This document shows, in pieces, positions 55,692 to 64,000 of a stretch of 64,000 nt of DNA. The notes under the pieces were generated by a model. The model was not told the origin of the DNA and ran no database searches. It saw nothing but the letters and a program-made list of their open reading frames with translations. Positions within the stretch are counted from its first letter, which is position 1, and each line of letters opens with the position of its first letter. The stretch is from Tubiluchus corallicola (lineage: Eukaryota; Animalia; Priapulida). The stretch spans positions 241 to 64,240 of the forward strand of contig JAQGDQ010001085.1 in assembly GCA_030141605.1 (NCBI GenBank). The letters are read 5' to 3'. The position numbers and the translations under genes were made by a program.

Positions 55692-58600
55692 TCAAGTGGA
55701 AGTAAACAGATTTTTCGCAAATATGCACCCCTGTGGTAACATCATCATATGCAGCAGCTTTCACCAGCATCCATCACACACTCCTAATAGCTTGAAGAAC
55801 TTTTAAATCTGATAACGATAAAGTCCTTCTCCCAAAAGTCATGAATACCGGCCTGTGTTTGACTAAATATATTTTGTGCTTATTTTGTATGCATCGTGAT
55901 TATAGTTCTTTTGTTCAGGCAGTAAGTGTGTTTGAACATTGGTTTTATTAAAATCTTGATACATTGTTCTGTACATTCTTTCATATCTGAAATACAAGTG
56001 TTGAATAAATAAACCTGCAGAGAAGTGAATTGCTTTGCTGTGAATGTGGAAAAATAGGAAAATTATAAGTGACCGAAGAAAACACGTTTCATACGATATT
56101 ATAAGACAAAATAATGGGGCTCGCTTGAAAATAACACCAAAAATTTTAAGTCGTTTTTGTAGTAGGTTTTTGCAAAGACAGAAACATTTAGCTCAACAAG
56201 TAAAAAAGGTAAATGGAAGAAAATTTCGCATGTCACTATTGCTAAAATTTATAGCACAAGATTATGTGCCCATTATTTTCAATGCAAACTAGACGAAGTT
56301 TTTTATTCCAACAGCTAATACAGTTTCTCACTTCTTTATGGGGTATTTGATCCCAGCGCTTAACAGTTTTTGCCTTTAGTTCCCCGTATGAAACGGGTCT
56401 TTGTGGTCGTCTACAGAGCGTAAACTACAGGATTAAGTTCTATTTTTAGTGATAAGACATCTTTAAAGCAAAATCGGATACAATCTTAAACTGTAGGTCA
56501 AATCAATCTACTCTTTAAAATATAGAAAGTAAACGTGCTGTTTTTAAAGAATGATCTACGTGAAAGAATTATTACCACACAAACGCAATTTCGCGTTCGC
56601 GCCTCTAGTTCGTCACTGTTACATGCATTTCGCCATTCGCTAGTTAGACGGCCACTAGCGTCTGTATTACGGAAAGCGTTGCACAAAAAACGGGTGCTGT
56701 AGTTCAAATGTGTTAGTTTGTGACAAACTACACACGTTCGACACCTCATGCGTGACACAGCGGTAAATTTGAAATTTGGATTTTTATCTTAAAACATGCC
56801 GAGTTTTAGTACAACACACTGAATATCTTACAGTTGCACTGTATTTCAAAATTTCGTTTTTGCAAACACCGCAACAAAATTATGTTAGTTTTTTATTTCG
56901 TTAATAGTTGGGTTCGCTCGCCGTTAATTAAGTTTTTAATCTATTATTTAGTTATCAGAAACGCTTTTGCAGTATTATTGGTGCTAAAATGTATACTTTT
57001 AATTACTTGAAAATGGAGTAGAATACGAAAAATCATCCTGTCTTCCTTTAACAGTATTTTATCTTTTGCGGTGAAGACCATGATGTAAAATGGCTGATTT
57101 TTTATTGTTTTGTTGCTATGTATTGAAAGCTTTAATTGTAATGATAATTAACTAACAATGACATCAGATTCTGTCTGATGTTTAAAGTTTTTTAAAACAT
57201 GTTAAAACATGCAAAAGCTTCAATAGGTATATAAACGAAGAAAATAACACTAAAAAACACGCAACCATAGTTGGCGTATCAGAACAAAAAATATACAAAT
57301 GGTAGCTGCAATGGCACACTACATGTACTTCATTTTGCAAGAGACAACACATGCGTAGAAATTGGTGGCGAGTATTCTTGTCCAGTGTCCAGATAATGAG
57401 CCGGACACGGAGATGTAGTATGCTTGTGACTACCTCGTGTTCGGCTACATCAGCAGCTTCACAAATATCTTTTCATAAGCGTATTTATTATGGTGTATGT
57501 GGTGGCCCCATATGTCTGTGGTGCCTCCCCTCAATACCGGCATCAGTTTGAGCTATATATGCCCTTGCATCATTGTTAATATTACTGTTATTGCTCTGTA
57601 GCTACTTCATATTAGCACCCCCGCTATATATAACTTCTCGTTTGATCATAGTTTGTAATAATTTAGTATAATTATAATTTATTGGGTAAAAGTACCTTAA
57701 CAAAAGTATACGGTCATTAATTACAAAGTACCAGACAAAACAAATATAAGTGCAAGATGGTACGTAACACATTACCAAAAAAGCAAAAAACATCATCAAA
57801 CACTGACGTATGTCATCATACTTCACACATAAATACGTATTTTGTTTGCTCTAGTTTCTCTCCTTTCCGTGGTAATTGCTTATTCTATGAAACACTTGCT
57901 TGACACTGACCTCTGACCTATTTTCTGATCGCCATCGTCACTAGGCAGTCTGGGCTATGTGACGTTAAGTTACGTACGAGTCAAAAGCTGTTGAAATGCT
58001 TTTACCTTTTATCGAGCCCCGATAAACGTAGTACGATCGTCTGCAGCTCAATGCTTTGAACCTTCATTGTTTCGAAATTACACCAACCAATGGCGTACTA
58101 AATGCAAGAACTAGTTGCAGTGTAATTGTTATGGAGGAACGTGGTATACCCGCTGATAATGGTCATTGGGTGACCATATCTAATGGGCTGATAGATACCC
58201 GGTGAGACCATCGTAGTCACAATTTAAACAATAGCGTTACATATAGTTGGGACACTCAATCGCCACATTTGAACATTTGTTACGCGGTTACGCACCATGT
58301 TGTCAGCAGGTAGAATACTCAGTGCGTGTTGGAATTATGTTGTGCACTTCCCAAAAAACCACAATTCCTTCAGTACAGTAGGGCTAATGTACACACCATA
58401 CGAAGTGTACAAATATGTATGGTGTATAAGTGTGAGTTGAGCCTTACAGTGAGAGAATTTCTACACTGTGAGACTAGGTGATAGCTGGTAGGCAGTAGGT
58501 CGCATTGGTGCATCTCGTAATTTTTTAACTTGGTAAATGCACAAAAATCATGATTTTCTATTTCCAGTGGTTAAACTTGTTAGTCTCGTCAGTTTTCGGA

Positions 58601-58863
58601 TACTTCCTCACCCCACGAACTGACCCTAATTCGCATTCACAGTACAAAATTACTAATGCATGGCAAAAATGGATGAACAGAAGAAAAAGAAAAGTATAAG
58701 CTTATATAGGCCGGCAAAACTGGTTCCGCTTTTCTGAATGCGTGAGTTTTTTTCCTCACAGTGCTAATAATCCTGACTGTGTATGGCATTCACTATACTG
58801 TGCTAAAAATAACAGTTTATAACTAGGCAAACACTTTTTTATTCATCTTTAGTACGAACTGTG

Positions 58864-61792
58864 ATGATACTACGAACGAGGCGAAATTTATTTCTCGCTC
58901 CTGTGTCCATCTGCACTATTTTTATCGTCTATATATTGGTCCATCAGCAGCATTTGTTGACATTTTTTTCTCTTGAGAAAAAGCGCTTATTTGTAGCTAT
59001 TATTAGTGCTCCTATCCGGCAGGATCGTCGAAATGCCATCAGGAAAACATGGAAAACTTTGTGCGATTCTTATTCAGAAACCGTTTGCGTTTTCTTCACC
59101 GATAAATTAGACAAATTTGGAAATCAGCTGCCAGAAAAAATGGACACCATCTTACGAAAGGAGGCTGCCCTGTATGGCGACATTGTTTTTGATTACGACA
59201 CGCCCGGTGCTAGACGGCTACTGTGGGCCATGAAGTGGGCCAGAGAACATTACGATTTCGAGTATTTTCTAAGACTGGATGACGATATGTATCTTTGTCT
59301 CAATCGACTATTTCTGGAATTACCATCTCGTCCAAAATCACGATTGTACTGGGGACGCTTGCATTGTACAAAAGGTAGTAAAGAATATTTGGAAACATGA
59401 ATAAATGACAATATGTAGGTTTTACGCGTGAATAATTATTCTTTTAAATCTAAGAGGAATTTAACTAAAATTTGACTACCACTAAAATAAACACAACGAC
59501 AAAAACAATAAATGCTAGCGACTAAAAAGACTAGAGACTAAAGAGATGATAACAGCAAAGTTTATTAATAACGATATTTCGCGAAACCAATGCTAGTATG
59601 TAGTGGTTTCCCGAAAAACCGTTAGGATTTTTAATTAATTAATTAAGTAATCTCTCAGTTTACTTCTAATTATGTATACACAACGCTACTCCTCAATTTT
59701 TAAAGCGAAAAGCATGAAAAATTTAACCGTCGGCGTCATCATCATCATCATTATCAACATCAACAGAATCGTTGTCGTCGTTAGGCTACATTGCAGTAAT
59801 TATTATGTTATTAAATATTGTCCCACATATGTCGCGCTACTAAACTGTGTAGGTTTACGTGCACAAGAACACACTATCAACCTTATGCGTGTATCCACAG
59901 AAAAGTGGATTCGTATTACTAATAACCTTCGTAGAATCAGTCGGATTAGCATATTGAGCGACCCTAGGCCAGCTGGAAAGTGTTGCAACGTACCCTCGGA
60001 CCCCCCACCCCACCCCCCGATAATGTTCAGAAGTGTAGGCAGAAAAGGATATTTATTTTTGCTTTTTAGAAGATTTAATCGTGAAATTTATTATATTAAT
60101 TTTGATTTAATAATTTAATAATTTAATTTAATATTAATTACGAATTTTAATATTTATTATTTCTGTATATTGTGGATAGATATTATCATAACTGTTTAGT
60201 TTAAGCTTCGTTCTTGTACAAGTATTATTACAATGAATAATTACATTTGAAATTTTTTCACAAATTCCAATAAAATGCTTATTTAGTAAAAAAGAAAACG
60301 TTTTTTCAAAAATGCCTTTGCAAAAAATCAGATCACAATACAGTTTAAACTACTGTATTTCTCACAGAAAAATAGTGTACTGTAAGATTATTAATGACAG
60401 AATTAACTTGTTACTTGCATTCATTAAATTGATAGCCGGAAAGAAAGCAAATGTAAACTAATAAATACTGAAGATATTAAAGCTAAAGTTCCTGGTTCAA
60501 ATCTAGTTAGACAAGGTAATCCACGTTTCCTTTGTTTTTCTCAAATTGCTCCCATGCAATAGTGTTCAAAAACAATTTTCTTCTAGTGGGGAATACGAAG
60601 TTCTTGTGGGTAATGTAGGTTTACGGGGTCCCTCTAAAGCGCTGGGCCCTAAGCCAGGACCTAGTTGGCTGATGCAGTAATCCGGGCCCTGCATCGACTG
60701 TGAAATGTGAACTTCAAGCGTAATTGAAGGCGTAACTATGGTCCGTTAATAATATTATTTTTGTTATACGCTTTCCCTTGAACTTTAAATTCACTTTCGA
60801 CATTCAATGAAAGTCATATTGACTTAGTTAGACCTAGCTGAACCTGGACCAAGGACCTAGCCCTTGGACCAGATTTAATTACAGAATTTATTACAAAACT
60901 GTTGCAGGCCTATAATAACAGTTAGCCTATATGTATACAGAATTACAACGGTCATGATATGTAAAATTAACACGTGTGTAAAATTAACAAGAATAACATT
61001 AATTAACAGCTAAATGACTCAGTATTAAAAAAGAGCCCTAACTGTATGCAAGTAAACAAGGTTGACAAATATAAAAAATACTTGTCTAAATCCTAACTGA
61101 GTTAAAAAAGACTGAAAATCTTCCATTGGGATTCGAAATCGATTTTCTGCATCCGTAACAGGTGTACAGTACTCATTGCACCAAATAATAGCGAATATGC
61201 CTCACAGTAATGAGTACGATGTGCTTTCAATTATCGTTTTTTTGTCACTTTTACTTCCTAATTTGAATTTCTTAATTTTTTTATCTTAGGATGGGTCGCC
61301 ATGGACGAAGAATTCATCATTTTAACCAAAGACATAATAGACAATTTACTAAAGCAAAACTCAGATGGTCAGTTGCAATGTCACAGCACAGCCACACGTT
61401 CCTTAGCCTCGTGGATCCTGGGAATGAAGAATGTAACATACTTTGCTGACAACAGAATAAATTACAGACTTGTGAACACAACCTCAGCAACGGGTCGCCT
61501 TATTTGTCAGCATTACATCAGCCTACATCGCGTATATCCAGCTCAGATATTCAAATTCTGGATGACACGTTCTGGTCATCCCGAAAATAACAATACCTTT
61601 GATCCAATACCAAGGTATTCGGATATGTGTAGATTTCCACCTGGGCCACTGGTGCCCTTTCCACTTGGGACAATAGGACCGTGTCATAACGTTACATTTA
61701 GCTGGACTGAAATGTGGCAAGGAGACGAAAGTAACGCTAAGCGAAGAACCGAGAAACCTGCGTGGATGACAGGGGAGAATAGTGTTACTTAG
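58864..61792 (+). CDS. GT31 family glycosyltransferase (beta-1,3-galactosyltransferase/B3GALT6-like), type II Golgi membrane protein, 337 aa
   Basis: Exons 58864-59374 and 61290-61792 join in phase 1 (AAA G|gtagta ... ttag|GA TGG). Short basic N-tail plus TM helix (FLAPVSICTIFIVYILVH), motif LFVAIISAP...RRNAIRKTW, FEYFLRLDDDMYL (DxD), LYWG, ISLH. AATAAA at about 61800. Confidence 0.85.
59938..60691. mobile_element. Possible degenerate hAT-like element in the GT31 intron
   Basis: The right end TAATCCGGGCCCTG and the left end CAGTCGGATTA are partly complementary, with GC-rich subterminal regions; no target-site duplication found. Confidence 0.35.
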
Positions 61793-61811
61793 ATAACGTA
61801 ATAAAAATAAA

Positions 61812-61856
<45 letters not shown>

Positions 61857-61950
61857 CTGTATCTGGAGTCAGCTTTTAAATAAATATTTTACATTAGCTC
61901 AAAGAGCTTTTGCTGACTGTACATAACAATATACAACTACATAACAGATA

Positions 61951-62095
61951 CTATTGTTACCCCACTTTATCCTAAATACCACGCGCCAGGCTGGGCAACA
62001 GCAAGTACCACTTTTAAAGTATTTGATGCTGTATCGAACTCACGACATCCCAGACGGGAAGCGGTCGCGTTATCACTAGACTAAACCGTTTGGTC
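61951..62095 (-). mobile_element. tRNA-headed SINE with a MetaSINE/MESC-like core
   Basis: Minus strand: A-box-like TAGTCTAGTG, B box GAGTTCGATAC, then TTTAAAAGTGGTACTTGCTGTTGCCCAGCCTGGCGC, resembling the metazoan MetaSINE core (recalled similarity, not searched). Confidence 0.55.
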
Positions 62096-62496
62096 ATACA
62101 TTTTTCACGAGCATAACCATCGCTGTTGCATTAGTAGAACAAGCAACCGCCTGTATGATAAACGAGATATTAGAAACATGTAATTTTATGCTGAACTATG
62201 TTAATTGTTGTTTGTTAAGCAAGAATGAAGTACATTCCGCGTGGAATCCTCACGAAATGCGGCATTTTTACCAAACGATAGATTTCCTCGCGAGGCGCTT
62301 CTAGATGGTGGCAGAGTTCCTCAAGACAAAAATATGGGCCACAAAAATCAAGAACAAAAACTAAGAAAGGTAGAATGATTTTTCATATACTACAAATCCA
62401 ATAAATTAATACTGCAAAAGCGGTTGTGATAATTAAATAATAGATTAAAATCTTAATTAACGGCGGGCGAGCCCAACTATTGATGACATCACAAAA

Positions 62497-63040
62497 TGAA
62501 TGAGTGAGTGAGTGAGCGAATGAGTGAGCGTGTGAGTGATTGTAACTGAGGGAATAAATGAATAAATAAATAAATTGAGTGAGTGAATGAGTGAATGTGT
62601 GAGTGAATGATTGTGAGTGAGTGAGTGAGTGAGTGAGTGAATGAGTGATTGTGACAGAGTGAGTGAATGAACGAATAAATGGAGTGAATGAATGAGTGAG
62701 TTAGTGACTGTGTGGGTGAGTGAGTGAGTGAGTAAATGAGTGAGTGTGTGAGTGAGTGAATGAGTGATTGTGACAGAGTGAGTGAATGAACGAATGAATG
62801 GAGTGAATGAATGAGTGAGTTAGTGATTGTGTGAGTGAGTGAGTGAATGAGTGAGAGGGTGAGTGAGTGAGTATGTGAGTGCGTGAGTGATTGAGTGACT
62901 GAGTGAGTGAAAGAGTGGGTGAGTGAGTGAGTGAGTAGTTGGGTGAATGAGTGAGTGTATGAGTGATTGTGACTGAGTGAGTAAATGGATGAACAAATGG
63001 AGTGAATGACTGAGTGAATAAATAGATGGATGGAGTGAAG
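62497..63040. repeat. (GAGT/GAAT)n degenerate microsatellite with internal higher-order duplication
   Basis: Direct reading; the ~120-bp block at 62630-62750 is repeated at 62750-62850. Confidence 0.93.
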
Positions 63041-63536
63041 GCACGAGAAAAGGATCAGTTAAGTAAGCAGGTGAGTAAACAAACCTAGTGAACAATTAAA
63101 CTGCCTATATGAGTGAACAGGAGAAAGAATGGTTAAACTGTACCGGAAAGCATTTTACTCGTTGCAGGTTAGGCTGCAAAGCATTTGCGTCGACATAAGT
63201 AGCACAAAAACTGGAAAAACTAAAAACAATTAAAATATAAAATATAAGCAACTAAGATGTTGAATTGAACAAAGAAGTAAATAGTGAGTGCCTGTGACTA
63301 AGTGACTGAGCGAGCAAAACAACAAAGGTAAAAATAATTTCACGAAAAGAATGAAAAACAAATTAATACGTAAAAGGACAAGAAAGGGACACCTCAAGTA
63401 GATTTCAGAAAAATCGGCTTAAAAAATTATATTACTTTACAGCAATTTTATGTATATAAATGCATTATATATATATATATATATATATATAATGTCTGAA
63501 TGTTATATAAATTAAGAGAACCATTGAGGGAAGGAG

Positions 63537-64000
63537 AGGTAGTACTAGTGGTAGTGGTAGTCGGAGTGGTGATGGTGGTGGTGGTGGTTTTGATGGTGGT
63601 TTTGGTGGTTGTGGTGGTGATGGTAGTGGTGGTGGTGCTGGTGGTGGTGGTGATAGTGGTGATGGTTGTGGTGGTGGTGGTTGTAGTCATGGTGGTAGTG
63701 GTAGTGGGAGTGGTGGTGGTGGTGGTGGTGGTAGTGGTGATGGTAGTGGTGATGGTGGTGGTGGTTTTGGTGGTGGTTGTGGTGGTAGTAGTGATGGTAG
63801 TGGTGGTGGTGCTGGTTGTAGTGGTAGTTGTGGTGGTATTGGTGGTGGTGGTGGTGGTAGTGGTATGGTAATGGTAGTGGTGGTGGTGGTTGTAGTCATG
63901 GTGGTAGTGGTAGTGGGAGTGGTGGTGGTGGTGATTTTGGTGATGGTTGTGGTGGTTGTGGTGGTAGTGGTAATGGTAGTGGTGGTGGTGGTAGTTGTGG
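63537..64000. repeat. (GGT)n-type degenerate trinucleotide repeat running off the right edge
   Basis: Direct reading. Confidence 0.95.

Overview
AT-rich, intron-containing (GT-AG) animal genomic DNA, most likely an invertebrate; the species cannot be determined from the sequence. From left to right it holds three kinds of enzyme genes. (1) The first seven exons of a mitochondrial-clan cytochrome P450 on the minus strand; the heme-binding exons lie off the left edge. (2) Head-to-head with it, a tandem array of seven 4-exon GNAT acyltransferase genes of the NAT16/histidine N-acetyltransferase type (A-G, plus strand). B-E are a recent ~7.5 kb tandem amplification with mosaic sequence, and C and F carry frameshifts in exon 4. 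(3) A two-coding-exon GT31 (beta-1,3-galactosyltransferase-like) gene. Introns and spacers contain non-autonomous DNA transposons (hAT, Tc1/pogo, Sola-like), tRNA-derived SINE relics, two Penelope-type hammerhead-ribozyme relics and long compound microsatellites. The main points of interest are the CYP + acyltransferase array + glycosyltransferase neighbourhood (a candidate animal metabolic or detoxification gene cluster), a degenerate CoA-binding loop in 6 of 7 paralogs, dead copies of F's first exon that mark the duplication junctions, and a TAATG stop/start split of paralog C. All gene models were built by eye from splice signals and frame continuity; no database searches were run.
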